The notes: a model not told the origin generated them from the letters alone. Shown: positions 25,336 through 35,445, numbered from the stretch's first letter. The stretch is DNA of 64,000 nucleotides from Clostridia bacterium (GCA_017620655.1 JAGAUT010000085.1:939-64938), one strand, 5' to 3'. Numbers and translations: made by a program.

Positions 25336-25791
25336 ATGGTAAATTCATCACTTATTTACATAAAAAAAGACGGCAAGTATCTAATGCTTCACCGTGTCAA
25401 GAAAAAGAACGATATGAACCGCGACAAATGGATTGGAATCGGCGGAAAATTCGAGCACGGAGAAAGTCCCGAGGATTGTGTGAGACGTGAAACAACAGAA
25501 GAAGTGGGACTTGTTTTAGGCAAAGTCGAATACAGAGGAATTATCACCTTTGTGCTGGGTGATGAAACAGAGTATATGCACCTATTCACATCAAGCGACT
25601 TTTCGGGAAATCTCAAGGAAGTATGCGACGAAGGCAACCCCGAGTGGGTAGACATAAAAGAGGTTTACAATCTTCCCATTTGGGAGGGCGACAAGATTTT
25701 CTTAGAGCTCATTGAAAGCAACGACACGCCGTTTTTCTCGTTGAAATTGGTATATGAAAACGATGTTCTGGTTGAGCACATTTTATATTGA
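25336..25791 (+). CDS. NUDIX hydrolase (MutT-like)
   Basis: 151 aa with Nudix box GGKFEHGESPEDCVRRETTEEVGL. Confidence 0.85.
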   Translation: MVNSSLIYIKKDGKYLMLHRVKKKNDMNRDKWIGIGGKFEHGESPEDCVRRETTEEVGLVLGKVEYRGIITFVLGDETEYMHLFTSSDFSGNLKEVCDEGNPEWVDIKEVYNLPIWEGDKIFLELIESNDTPFFSLKLVYENDVLVEHILY

Positions 25792-25802
25792 CAAACAAAA
25801 AG

Positions 25803-25838
25803 CCTTGCAGGATTTTACTCGTGCAAGGTTTTATTTTT
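25803..25838. terminator. bidirectional terminator between NUDIX gene and proB
   Basis: CCTTGCA...TGCAAGG stem followed by TTTTATTTTT on plus, with a T-rich run on minus as well. Confidence 0.6.
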
Positions 25839-25839
25839 G

Positions 25840-26622
25840 TTATTGAGCTTTGAAATGTGTGCCGACATCTTTACCCTCAAGCAAATCATAAAGCTTTTCG
25901 GGCTTATTGCCGATGGTGACATACATATCAATGCCACGGTCTGTTACATACTTTGCCGCTTCAAGCTTTGTTGCCATGCCGCCGGTACCGCGGTTTGAGC
26001 CTGCGCCGTTGGCAAGGGATATGATGCTATCGTCTATCTTTTCGACCTTATGTATAAGCTTTGCATTTGGATTTGTTCTGGGGTTATCGTCGTAAAGTCC
26101 CTCGATATCAGACATGATTATGAGCTTATCTGCCTCAACAAGTCCTGCAACTATTGCCGACAAAGTATCATTGTCACCAAACACCTTCTTAGGCGATTCA
26201 ATCTGATGGTGGCTTACCGAGTCGTTTTCATTTACTATCGGGATAATGCCGTTCTCAAGCAGTGCCGAAAAGGTGTTTTTGAGATTATTTCTTCTATAAT
26301 CCGATTCTATATCTTCCTCGGTAAGAAGAATCTGAGCTACCATGTTACCGTATTCCGAAAAGAGCTTATCGTACATATGCATAAGCTCACACTGACCGAC
26401 AGCCGCCGCAGCCTGCTTCATTTTCATATCTTTAGGTCGCTCGTTAAGTCTCATTTTATTGACACCTACCGAAATTGCACCCGACGAAACGAGTACAACC
26501 TCGAACCCTGAATTTCTCAGATCCGAAAGCACCTGACAGAGTTTATCAAGCGTCTTTATATCCACCGAGCCGTTTTCATGTGTGAGCGTCGATGTGCCGA
26601 CTTTTACTACTATTTTTTGCAT
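25840..26622 (-). CDS. proB: glutamate 5-kinase (short form, no PUA domain)
   Basis: 260 aa with VVKVGTSTLT and a GTGGMATKLEAA-type motif. Confidence 0.9.
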   Translation of the reverse strand: MQKIVVKVGTSTLTHENGSVDIKTLDKLCQVLSDLRNSGFEVVLVSSGAISVGVNKMRLNERPKDMKMKQAAAAVGQCELMHMYDKLFSEYGNMVAQILLTEEDIESDYRRNNLKNTFSALLENGIIPIVNENDSVSHHQIESPKKVFGDNDTLSAIVAGLVEADKLIIMSDIEGLYDDNPRTNPNAKLIHKVEKIDDSIISLANGAGSNRGTGGMATKLEAAKYVTDRGIDMYVTIGNKPEKLYDLLEGKDVGTHFKAQ

Positions 26623-26769
26623 TTTTATTCCCTACTTTCTTGGAAGAAAGTAGGCAAAGAACTTTTCATTTGGCTACTTTCTACAATTGGTTTAGCCGTT
26701 ATATTATTTTCTCGATTGGTGTTTCATTTTGATGCCGATAAGGCAGGCATCAAAATGAGTGCTGAAAAA
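26623..26769 (-). repeat. mosaic block G: R module (26631-26666) + conserved-loop hairpin (26725-26757)
   Basis: CCTACTTTCT/AGAAAGTAGG + CAAAGAACTTTT. The 12-bp hairpin CATTTTGATGCC/GGCATCAAAATG has flank CTCGATTGGTGTTTC, shared with 62371-62417. Confidence 0.8.
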
Positions 26770-27234
26770 TCACTCATTCATTAACTTCGGATGTAATAAA
26801 AATATTTGATTTGGGTATCCAAATTCTACTATCAGTTTATTCTCAACAAAACCGAATTTCTTATATAGTGCTCTTGGTGCAATCCCTTTTTCGTCTTCTT
26901 CTCGGAAAGTTGATACAGATATATCTTTCGTTCTGTCAAGATACTCCAATGACTTTCTAAGCAAGCACGAAGCAACGCCCTGTCTTCTGCATTCGGGTGA
27001 AACACCCAAACAACAAATCATATTATGACCACGTGAAAATAAAAGCACTCCAATAATTTGCTCATTATCATCCTTTGCACACAATGCCTGTGATTTGCCC
27101 ATGAAACGCAAAACCGTGTTACGATGCTCTGCAATTTTTTCGTTCGTCTCTAAGCCGGGGAAGTTCCAACTGATTTTTTCAACAAGACTCATCCAGTTAT
27201 CAATATCATCAATTTTACCAAATTGAATCATCAT
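26770..27234 (-). CDS. GNAT family N-acetyltransferase
   Basis: 154 aa from ATG 27234 (GGAGAAAG RBS). Motif A: ECRRQGVASCLL. Sits between proA and proB. Confidence 0.7.
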   Translation of the reverse strand: MMIQFGKIDDIDNWMSLVEKISWNFPGLETNEKIAEHRNTVLRFMGKSQALCAKDDNEQIIGVLLFSRGHNMICCLGVSPECRRQGVASCLLRKSLEYLDRTKDISVSTFREEDEKGIAPRALYKKFGFVENKLIVEFGYPNQIFLLHPKLMNE

Positions 27235-27317
27235 AGTAGCTTTCTCCGAATTCAAATTTATCTGTTTCGACAGTTTTTAACGTCATTCATATAAAGGGAT
27301 ATATAGTTTCGTTTAAA

Positions 27318-27535
27318 GGCTCCCTCCGAGAGCGCGACGCGTCAATAAAACAACCCTGTGTGGTTGTTTTTAGCCAAAGCGGATTGTAAGCTGTGCTTGC
27401 AATCAGAGCAAAAGCTGTCAGCCTATGCTGACTGAGGGAGAGTGCGTATAATCAGTGCTTTTGCAGAACCAAATGCAACGCAGGCTCCTTCCGTCATTTT
27501 CTTCGAAAATGCCACCTCCCTCTCGGAGGGAGGCT
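27318..27535 (-). repeat. mosaic block H: degenerate P-like units and extra hairpins
   Basis: GGCTCCCTCCGAGAG (27318-27332) versus CCTCCCTCTCGGAGGGAGG (27515-27533). GTCAGC/GCTGAC+TGAGGGA (27417-27439) matches 22769-22790. Further hairpins at 27347-27371, 27382-27404 and 27495-27511. Confidence 0.7.
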
Positions 27536-27545
27536 TTTATGTGCT

Positions 27546-28790
27546 CTAAGTTCTTGTTTGACCCGTTCCAAGCACCACATACTTAGTTGTCGTAAGCGCC
27601 TCAAGTCCCATGGGGCCACGTGCGTGCATCTTCTGTGTGGAAATACCGATTTCCGCACCGAGACCGAATTCTTCGCCGTCTGTAAATCTTGTTGAAGCAT
27701 TGACATACACCGCCGCCGAGTCGATTTTTGTTGTGAAATAGTCGGCGTTTGCCTTGTTTTCGGTTACTATTGCTTCGCTATGCTTTGTGGAATGCTCATT
27801 GATATGCGTAACCGCTTCGAACACGTCTTTTACAACCTTAACGGAAAGGATATAGTCGTTATACTCAGTGTAAAAATCTTCTTCTGTTGCCGCTGTTATG
27901 TCGGGAAGAATCTTCAAGGTCTTTTCACAGCCCCTAAGTTCCACATTCTTTTCCTTCATCCTTTCCTGCATCATGGGAAGGAACTTTTCTGCTATCTTTT
28001 CATGCACAAGAAGGTTCTCTGCACTGTTACAAACACTCGGTCTCTGCGCCCTTGCGTTGAAGGCAATTTCATTTGCCATGTCGAGATTTGCAGATTCATC
28101 AACATACACGTGGCAGTTGCCTGCACCCGTTTCAATTACGGGTACTGTCGCATTTTCAACAACCGACTGTATAAGACCCTTACCCCCTCTCGGGATAAGC
28201 ACGTCAATCTTGCCGTTTGCCGTCATAAGTGCCTTTGCGGAATCACGGGAGGTGTCGGAAAGTACATTTACGCAGTTTTCGTCAAAGCCGCACTCTTTAA
28301 GTGCACGTCTTATGGAGTCGCAGAAAGCAAGATTTGAATTTATTGCCTCTTTGCCGCCTCGAAGTACGCAGACATTGCCGCTTTTCAGGCAGAGACATGC
28401 CGCGTCCACCGTAACATTGGGTCGGGATTCATAGATAATTCCCACAACGCCGAGAGGTACGGATACCTTTCTTATTTCAAGTCCGTTGGGTCGGATATTC
28501 GTTTCTGCCTTTCCTATCGGGTCGGGCAAAGCTATAACCTTGCCGATAGCGTTTATTATTGCATTTATCTTGCTTTCCGAAAGGCTGAGTCTGTCAATCA
28601 TTGACTCTGACATACCGTTTGCCCTTGCATTATTTATATCCTCGGCATTGGCATCGAGGATTTTTTTCATGTCCTCACCTATCGTCTTTGCAACTTTGGA
28701 GAGGATGTTGTTCTTTTCGTTTTCCGATGCCGAAGAAAGTTGAAATGACGCCTTTTTTGCACCGTCAAACACAACATCTAAATTACTCAT
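27546..28790 (-). CDS. proA: gamma-glutamyl phosphate reductase
   Basis: 414 aa with catalytic Cys motif PSVCNSAENLLVH. Confidence 0.9.
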   Translation of the reverse strand: MSNLDVVFDGAKKASFQLSSASENEKNNILSKVAKTIGEDMKKILDANAEDINNARANGMSESMIDRLSLSESKINAIINAIGKVIALPDPIGKAETNIRPNGLEIRKVSVPLGVVGIIYESRPNVTVDAACLCLKSGNVCVLRGGKEAINSNLAFCDSIRRALKECGFDENCVNVLSDTSRDSAKALMTANGKIDVLIPRGGKGLIQSVVENATVPVIETGAGNCHVYVDESANLDMANEIAFNARAQRPSVCNSAENLLVHEKIAEKFLPMMQERMKEKNVELRGCEKTLKILPDITAATEEDFYTEYNDYILSVKVVKDVFEAVTHINEHSTKHSEAIVTENKANADYFTTKIDSAAVYVNASTRFTDGEEFGLGAEIGISTQKMHARGPMGLEALTTTKYVVLGTGQTRT

Positions 28791-29457
28791 TTATATCACC
28801 TGTTATAAGCTTATAAAGCTCATCTGTATTATCTATATAAAAGTCGGGAATTGTGTCCTTAAATCCGTCTTTTCCGTGAAATCCCCACGTTACGCCTGCA
28901 CAGGGAATACCTGCATTGTGTGCCGTTGTCACATCCACGTGTGAATCCCCCACATACAAGAGGTTTTCGTGTTTTTCACCCATATATTCAAGTGCCTTGT
29001 CAACGCACTCACGCTTAGGTTTTACCGGCTTATCTCCGCCCGTTCCCGAAATGTAGGAAAATGTGCCCTCGCCGAAGAAAATGTCGCACAGCATCTTGAC
29101 GTGTCTTTCGGGTTTGTTGGACACGACGGAAAGGGTATATCCCTCGTCTTTCAGCCGCTTTACAAGCTCGACTATACCGTCGTATGCTTTCGTTTCGGTG
29201 CATACGTTTTTGTCATAATTGGAAAGATATATTTCGAGAGTTTCTCTTACCGTTTTTTCGTCTTTTTTGCCCTCGGGCAAGGCTCTTTCTATGAGTTTGT
29301 ATGCACCGTCATTGATAAAGGTGCGTGTTTCCTCATAGGTATGCTCGGGATAGCCGAGGGACTTCATTGTAAGGTTTATATTGTGCTTTATGTCGCCGAT
29401 AGTATCGAGAAGCGTACCGTCAAGGTCGAACATAATACACTTGAATTTTTTGGACAT
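28783..29457 (-). CDS. HAD-IA hydrolase (phosphoglycolate-phosphatase-like)
   Basis: 224 aa with motif I IMFDLDGTLLDT and a late GDSHVD motif. 8-nt overlap with proA. Confidence 0.75.
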   Translation of the reverse strand: MSKKFKCIMFDLDGTLLDTIGDIKHNINLTMKSLGYPEHTYEETRTFINDGAYKLIERALPEGKKDEKTVRETLEIYLSNYDKNVCTETKAYDGIVELVKRLKDEGYTLSVVSNKPERHVKMLCDIFFGEGTFSYISGTGGDKPVKPKRECVDKALEYMGEKHENLLYVGDSHVDVTTAHNAGIPCAGVTWGFHGKDGFKDTIPDFYIDNTDELYKLITGDINE

Positions 29458-29472
29458 TTTTCGCCTTTCTTA

Positions 29473-30057
29473 TTAAAGCTCATCAATGGATTTTTCGTAG
29501 CTTTCGGCAACGTTCTGCATAAACCACTTGACCTCGGGAACCTTTTCGCCAAGCTCAGACACAATCTTCTGTGAGGATTCAAGTGCCTTTTTGAATTCGT
29601 TATTGCCGTTTCTGTATTCTTCAACACACTTGAGATATGCACACAGCTTATCCGCCGCCTTGACTATGGTCTTTGCATCCCCGTCAAGCTCCTCAAAAAG
29701 AAGAACGTCGGAAAAGCTCTCCTTCAGCTCATCGGGAAGCTTTGAAAGGGCGTTGTCAAGAGCGTTTCTCTCGAGAGATTTATAGCTGTCGCGTATGGAT
29801 TCGTTGAAGTACTTTACAGGTGTCGGAAGGTCTCCTGTAAAAATCTCGCTCATATCGTGATATAGGGCGTATACCGCAATTTTGTTTTCGTCATAATTTT
29901 TGCCGAAATACTTATTGCCCACCAATGCCAGAGCATGGGAAAGCATGGCGCATTCGGCGGAATGCTCGGTGAGGTTTTCATTCCTCAGATTTCTCATGAG
30001 ACCCCAGCGGTTTATATATTTCATTCTTGAAGCAAGTGCAAAAAAAGAATAAGCCAT
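29473..30057 (-). CDS. HD-domain 5'-deoxynucleotidase (YfbR-like)
   Basis: 194 aa with RWGLMRN..ENLTEHS and YHDMSEIFTGDLPTP motifs. Confidence 0.75.
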   Translation of the reverse strand: MAYSFFALASRMKYINRWGLMRNLRNENLTEHSAECAMLSHALALVGNKYFGKNYDENKIAVYALYHDMSEIFTGDLPTPVKYFNESIRDSYKSLERNALDNALSKLPDELKESFSDVLLFEELDGDAKTIVKAADKLCAYLKCVEEYRNGNNEFKKALESSQKIVSELGEKVPEVKWFMQNVAESYEKSIDEL

Positions 30058-30243
30058 TGTAACCTCCCGCTTGATTTTTTGATAAAGCTATTTTAACACA
30101 AACGACATACAAAATCAATACCTATAATAATTATTATATAAACTAAAATAATGTGTTAATTTAGATTGAAACTTATTTACTTGACGGCGTGTTTGGTGTA
30201 TAATAACATGAATTAATTTGATTATAAGGAGAAGTATTACGAT

Positions 30244-30783
30244 ATGAAAAAGACACTTTGTGCAATTCTTGCAGTTGCCGTTATCGGCACGGGACTTGTT
30301 TCCTGCACAAGAAAGGCAGAGGAAGGCTACAAAACGGTAGAAAGCAAAACCTGCAACTACACATTTGACTGCCCTGAAAGCTGGACTGTTTCCTACACCG
30401 ACGGCATGCTCTCGGCATACAATCCCGACGACCTTTCAAAGGCAAATGTAACGGCATTTTCTTTCAGCCACGGGCTTGAAGAAACGCCCTCGGCTATCGG
30501 ATACTGGGAAACATATAAAAAGCAGCTTGAAGATACCTTCAAGAATGTTACGCAGAACAAGGCGGAAGAAATTGAGCTTGGCGGACAGAAGGTGGCTCAT
30601 GCCGACTACACCGTAACCATCGGAAACGAAAGCTTTGACTGCGAAACAATCCTCGCAATATACGACAGCGATGTATACACCCTCACCCTCACCCAGGGAG
30701 CAAAAGAAAATTACGACAGCGAAAACTACAACGACCATTCTGACGAATTCGCAGAAATCATCAAAACTTTCAGAATCAAGTAA
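30244..30783 (+). CDS. hypothetical lipoprotein
   Basis: 179 aa with a signal peptide and lipobox LVSC. No family recognised. Confidence 0.55.
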   Translation: MKKTLCAILAVAVIGTGLVSCTRKAEEGYKTVESKTCNYTFDCPESWTVSYTDGMLSAYNPDDLSKANVTAFSFSHGLEETPSAIGYWETYKKQLEDTFKNVTQNKAEEIELGGQKVAHADYTVTIGNESFDCETILAIYDSDVYTLTLTQGAKENYDSENYNDHSDEFAEIIKTFRIK

Positions 30784-30802
30784 TTTTTAAGAGGTAATAT
30801 AA

Positions 30803-33616
30803 ATGTCACTTATCACAAAAATATTCGGCACCTCCAGCGAGAGGGCTGTTAAAAAGCTGTTACCCATTATTGACAGCATAGAGGCTCTTGATGAGAAGTT
30901 CTCGGCAATGAGCGAACAGGAACTCAAGGGCATGACGGCGGTTTTAAAGGAACGTCTTGCCGGCGGCGAAACACTCGACGACATTCTTCCCGAAGCCTTT
31001 GCAACGGTGAGAGAAGCAGCATGGCGAGTTCTCGGCATGAAGCATTTCCGCGTTCAGCTTATAGGCGGTCTTGTTATACATCAGGGCAGAATTGCCGAAA
31101 TGAAAACAGGTGAAGGTAAAACCCTCATGGCGACCCTTCCTGCATATCTTAACGCCCTTACCGGCCACGGCGTTCACATCGTTACTGTAAACGACTATCT
31201 TGCACGCCGAGACAGTGAATGGATGGGCAAGGTCTACACCTATCTGGGTCTCACTGTCGGCCTTATTGTCCACGGGCTGAATCAGGTCGAAAGACAGGCG
31301 GCATACAACGCCGACATCACCTACGGTACAAACAACGAATACGGCTTTGACTATCTCCGTGACAACATGGCAACAAACAAAGAACAACTTTGCCAGAGAG
31401 GCCACGCCTTTGCCATCGTAGACGAGGTTGACTCGATTCTTATCGACGAAGCCAGAACGCCCCTTATCATTTCGGGACAGGGCGAAGAGTCCAGCGAAAT
31501 GTACAAGACGGCAGATAAGTTTGCAAAGACGCTCACAGCTCATGTCATAAAAGAGCTTGACAACAAGGAAGACCACGACACAATCTCGGGCGACTACATC
31601 GTTGACGAAAAGAAGAAGACGGTTGTTCTCACAAGCGAAGGTATAAGAAAGGCGGAAAAGTATTTCGGCATCGAAAACCTTTCGGACGCCGACAACATCA
31701 CCCTTTCAAATCACATAAATCTTGCAATCCGTGCAATCGGCAGTATGAAGAATGATGTCGACTACATTGTAAAGGACGGCGAGGTTATTATCGTCGACAC
31801 CTTTACGGGACGTACCATGCCCGGCAGACGTTTCTCAAACGGTCTTCATCAGGCAATTGAAGCAAAAGAAGGTGTGCAGATAAAGAGCGAGTCAAAGACT
31901 CTTGCCACCATCACCTTCCAGAACTTCTTCAGACTTTACAAGAAGCTTTCGGGTATGACGGGTACCGCCCTTACCGAAGAAACGGAATTCCGTGAAATAT
32001 ACGCTCTTGACGTTGTGGAAATCCCCACCAACCGTCCCATGATCAGAAAAGACGGCTCGGATGTTGTTTACAGAACCGTCAGAGGCAAATACAAGGCAAT
32101 TGTTGAGCAGATAAGAGAATGCCACGAAAAGGGACAGCCTGTTCTTGTGGGTACTGTTTCTATCGAAAAGAGTGAGCTTCTTTCCGATATTCTGAAGAAA
32201 AACGGCATTCCCCACACGGTACTCAACGCAAAGTATCACGAAAAGGAAGCCGAAATCGTAGCACAGGCAGGTAAACTCGGTGCCGTTACCATATCCACCA
32301 ACATGGCAGGCAGAGGTACCGACATCATGCTCGGCGGTAATGCGGAATACCTTGCAAAGAACGAAATGAAAAAGCTCGGCTACGATGCCGAACAGATAAG
32401 CGTATCCACCAGCTATTTTGATACAGAAGACGAGGAAATCTTAAATCTCAGAAAGGTTTATGCAGACCTCTATGCGAAGTACAAGGAAGAAATTGCACCT
32501 GAAGCAAAAAAGGTCGCAGAGGTGGGCGGTCTTTACATCCTCGGTACAGAAAGACATGAATCCAGACGTATAGACAACCAGCTCAGAGGACGTGCCGGAC
32601 GTCAGGGCGACCCCGGTGCTTCAAAGTTCTTCCTCTCGCTTCAGGACGACCTGCTTCGTCTCTTCGGCAGCGAAAGAATCGAAGGCATGGTTGAAAGACT
32701 CGGTCTTGACGAGGACACACCCATCGACGCGGCAATTCTTTCAAACACCATCGAAAATGCTCAGAAGCGTCTTGAAGAAACAAACTTCCAGAGACGTCAG
32801 AACGTGCTTATGTACGATGATGTTATGAACAAGCAGAGAGAAATCATGTACAAGCAGAGAAGCGAAGTACTTGAGGGAGCAGACATCAAGGAAAAGATTT
32901 CTGCCATGATTGACGACTATGTTGAGTCGGCATGCAGTACATTCCTCGTGGGCGACAGCATTGAGGAATGGAATCTCGACGGCCTCAGAGGTTACTTCTA
33001 CGGCATTCTCACAACAGACGAAGACTTCAGATATACCGAAAAGGATGTAAATAAGGTGAGTCCCGAAAGCATACTCGAAGATTTACTCGAAAGAGCAAGA
33101 AGCAAGTATGCCGAAAAGGAAGAGCTCTTCCCCGAAGGAGCACTTCGTGAAATCGAAAGAATCGTACTTCTCAGAAACGTTGACAGACATTGGATTGACC
33201 ATATTGATGCCATGGATGACCTTGAAGACGGAATAGGTCTTCGTGCTTACGGTCAGCAGGACCCCTTCAAGGAATACAGACTTATTGCAGGCGACATGTT
33301 TGACGAAATGACAAGCAGCATCAAGGAGCAGACGGCAAAAACTCTCCTTACGGTTATGCCTGCAAACGTCATAAGACGTGCAGAGGCTCCCAAGGCAACA
33401 AGCGAGGGACAGAAAAAGATGCCCTCGGAAACTGCCGCCCCCACGGGACGTGAAAATGTTTACGGCAGTGCAGCAAAGCCCGACAAGCAGAATGCCGAGC
33501 CTTATGTCAAGCCAAAGAGCGAGCAGGTGGGCAGAAACGATCCCTGTCCCTGCGGCAGCGGACTCAAGTACAAAAAGTGCTGCATGTTAAAGAACGAAAA
33601 TTCATCCGGACAGTAA
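30803..33616 (+). CDS. secA: preprotein translocase ATPase SecA
   Basis: 937 aa with [28 protein letters not shown] and a C-terminal Zn motif [13 protein letters not shown]. Confidence 0.97.
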   Translation: MSLITKIFGTSSERAVKKLLPIIDSIEALDEKFSAMSEQELKGMTAVLKERLAGGETLDDILPEAFATVREAAWRVLGMKHFRVQLIGGLVIHQGRIAEMKTGEGKTLMATLPAYLNALTGHGVHIVTVNDYLARRDSEWMGKVYTYLGLTVGLIVHGLNQVERQAAYNADITYGTNNEYGFDYLRDNMATNKEQLCQRGHAFAIVDEVDSILIDEARTPLIISGQGEESSEMYKTADKFAKTLTAHVIKELDNKEDHDTISGDYIVDEKKKTVVLTSEGIRKAEKYFGIENLSDADNITLSNHINLAIRAIGSMKNDVDYIVKDGEVIIVDTFTGRTMPGRRFSNGLHQAIEAKEGVQIKSESKTLATITFQNFFRLYKKLSGMTGTALTEETEFREIYALDVVEIPTNRPMIRKDGSDVVYRTVRGKYKAIVEQIRECHEKGQPVLVGTVSIEKSELLSDILKKNGIPHTVLNAKYHEKEAEIVAQAGKLGAVTISTNMAGRGTDIMLGGNAEYLAKNEMKKLGYDAEQISVSTSYFDTEDEEILNLRKVYADLYAKYKEEIAPEAKKVAEVGGLYILGTERHESRRIDNQLRGRAGRQGDPGASKFFLSLQDDLLRLFGSERIEGMVERLGLDEDTPIDAAILSNTIENAQKRLEETNFQRRQNVLMYDDVMNKQREIMYKQRSEVLEGADIKEKISAMIDDYVESACSTFLVGDSIEEWNLDGLRGYFYGILTTDEDFRYTEKDVNKVSPESILEDLLERARSKYAEKEELFPEGALREIERIVLLRNVDRHWIDHIDAMDDLEDGIGLRAYGQQDPFKEYRLIAGDMFDEMTSSIKEQTAKTLLTVMPANVIRRAEAPKATSEGQKKMPSETAAPTGRENVYGSAAKPDKQNAEPYVKPKSEQVGRNDPCPCGSGLKYKKCCMLKNENSSGQ

Positions 33617-33628
33617 AGGCGGAAAACA

Positions 33629-34249
33629 ATGGGATTCGGACTAATATTCTCAGGGTGGTCGACGTTATTCTTTTTCAAGTTGATCCCGCCCGTCAACATC
33701 ATCGGTTGTCTTCTCATGATGCGGGGGCTTGACAGGCTCTCGGGTTACGGAGACAATTTCAAAAAAGCAAAAAATTCAAGCATCGCTTTTCTCGCTTATT
33801 TTGTAATCTACTGTGTTCTGTGGCTTGTCGGTATACTCGGAATATTTGATTACACCAAAGTTTTCGCCCTTGTATACGCCGACCAGATAATCTACCGCAC
33901 AATTCTTGTGCTTCTTTCGGTGTTTCTCTACAGAGCCCTCGGGGATATTTCACGCGAAGTCGGATTTGAAAAGGGTGTAAAAAGAGAAAAGACCTGCACC
34001 TCCCTTGTAATTGTTTTTGTGATTTTCCTCGCAGCACAGCTTGTGATGTCGTTTATCGGCATAGGCAAATATGAGGCATATCTCAATCTTGCGCTGTCAG
34101 CATTTGAGCTTATATGGCTTATTTCAAGTGCAGTATACATCTATTCCTGCTACATGATGATTGCAACGCAGGAAATCATTGACGAGGAAAACAAAAAAAT
34201 GAAGGAATACGACATGAAGTATTCCTTCCGCACACCCAAGAAAAAATAA
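33629..34249 (+). CDS. hypothetical polytopic membrane protein (paralogous module to 35446-36867)
   Basis: 206 aa starting 12 nt after secA. N-terminal module FFFKLIPPVNIIGCLLMMRGL...NFKKAK resembles modules in the 473-aa protein downstream. Confidence 0.55.
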   Translation: MGFGLIFSGWSTLFFFKLIPPVNIIGCLLMMRGLDRLSGYGDNFKKAKNSSIAFLAYFVIYCVLWLVGILGIFDYTKVFALVYADQIIYRTILVLLSVFLYRALGDISREVGFEKGVKREKTCTSLVIVFVIFLAAQLVMSFIGIGKYEAYLNLALSAFELIWLISSAVYIYSCYMMIATQEIIDEENKKMKEYDMKYSFRTPKKK

Positions 34250-34269
34250 ATCCTTTGGAGGATATTACA

Positions 34270-34665
34270 ATGTTAAAGCAAGGACTTATCGGCAAAGAAC
34301 AGGTTATTGTAAGCCACAGCAACTGCGCCCTTACCATGGGCAGCGGCTCGCTTGAGGTTTATTCGACGCCTTCCATGGTGGCACTTATGGAATGTGCCGC
34401 CGCAAACAGCGTAAAGGCACACCTTGAACCCGGCAAAACAACCGTCGGTGTTTCAATTGAGGTAAAGCATGTGTCCGCGACCCCTCTCGGAATGACCGTT
34501 TCATGCGAGAGCGAGCTTTTGGAGGTTGACGGAAAGAGACTCGTTTTCAAGATTACGGCTTCCGACAAGTGCGGAATTATCGGCACAGCAAAACACGAAA
34601 GAATGATTGTTGACTCAAAGCGTTTTATGGAAAAGGCACAGAGCAAAAAGGAAATCAAAGCATGA
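34270..34665 (+). CDS. hotdog-fold thioesterase (FlK-like family)
   Basis: ATG 34270 follows GGAGGA. ALTMGSGSLEVYSTPSMVALMECAA resembles fluoroacetyl-CoA-thioesterase-like hotdog proteins. Confidence 0.6.
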   Translation: MLKQGLIGKEQVIVSHSNCALTMGSGSLEVYSTPSMVALMECAAANSVKAHLEPGKTTVGVSIEVKHVSATPLGMTVSCESELLEVDGKRLVFKITASDKCGIIGTAKHERMIVDSKRFMEKAQSKKEIKA

Positions 34666-35444
34666 GTAAGCTGACAAGAAATCAAAAAAAAGAAGCAAAG
34701 AGAGAACGACTCTATGCCATGAGCGAGTCTCAAAGAAAAAAATACCGTCTAAAAAAGGCATGTATTATATTGGTGACGGTTCTCGCAATACTTGCGCTTG
34801 TCTATCTTGCGGCAAAGCTTGTATCCGACGCAGTTGTTACAGAGGAGCCGTTTATTGCACAGATTGAAGAGGTTTATCCTACATACACCCCCTTCCCTGC
34901 AGAATGGAATGCCGACCTTTCAAAAGACGAGGACTATCTCGCGCTGAACACAAAAATAATGTACGGCATCGGCGAATCCGGAAGTCTGTATTCACTCGAA
35001 GATTTCTACACATCCTATATGCATGAGGGACAAGAGTTTTTCAGCGAATACTTCCGCATTCTGCGTGAGGGCGACTATGAAAAATACCCCTATCTGTTTA
35101 CCGACAGCTACAAGAAGGCTGACGCGTCAAAGAGATTTGAAAAGAACGTAGAAAAGCAGTTTCCTCCCCAGCGTGTTTACGACATAACCGTAAGGGAGCT
35201 TGGAAGATTCAACGATGAAGAAAAGGGCGTCATTCACGGCATTTATCTCGTTGATTACAAGATAAACAGAAACAGCAATCTTTTCAGAAACGACATCGGC
35301 AGAAACAGCGATCTCGATATCGAAACAAGCCGTCCCCTTTACTTCCACCTCATTACAAAGAACGATGAAACATTAATCAGCAACATGTACACCGAAACCA
35401 CCATGAAGGCATATGCTATGGGCACTGCTTTATCGGAGGAATAA
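34662..35444 (+). CDS. hypothetical single-pass membrane protein
   Basis: 260 aa with a basic N-terminus, one TM helix and an extracytoplasmic domain of unknown family. Overlaps the upstream stop (ATGA). Confidence 0.5.
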   Translation: MSKLTRNQKKEAKRERLYAMSESQRKKYRLKKACIILVTVLAILALVYLAAKLVSDAVVTEEPFIAQIEEVYPTYTPFPAEWNADLSKDEDYLALNTKIMYGIGESGSLYSLEDFYTSYMHEGQEFFSEYFRILREGDYEKYPYLFTDSYKKADASKRFEKNVEKQFPPQRVYDITVRELGRFNDEEKGVIHGIYLVDYKINRNSNLFRNDIGRNSDLDIETSRPLYFHLITKNDETLISNMYTETTMKAYAMGTALSEE

Positions 35445-35445
35445 C

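Noticed and set aside
22742-27545. Integron-like cassette array (genes separated by imperfect inverted repeats resembling attC)
   Set aside because: No intI integrase or attI is in the window. The repeat ends lack the R'/R'' core GTTRRRY. The bracketed genes lie among housekeeping genes on both strands, and the repeats also occur upstream of genes and inside operons.
30058-30243. T-box or other leader upstream of the yfbR-HAD-proA string
   Set aside because: The spacer is AT-rich promoter-like DNA. I found no specifier/T-box (AGGGUGGUACCGCG-like) sequence and no terminator hairpin.
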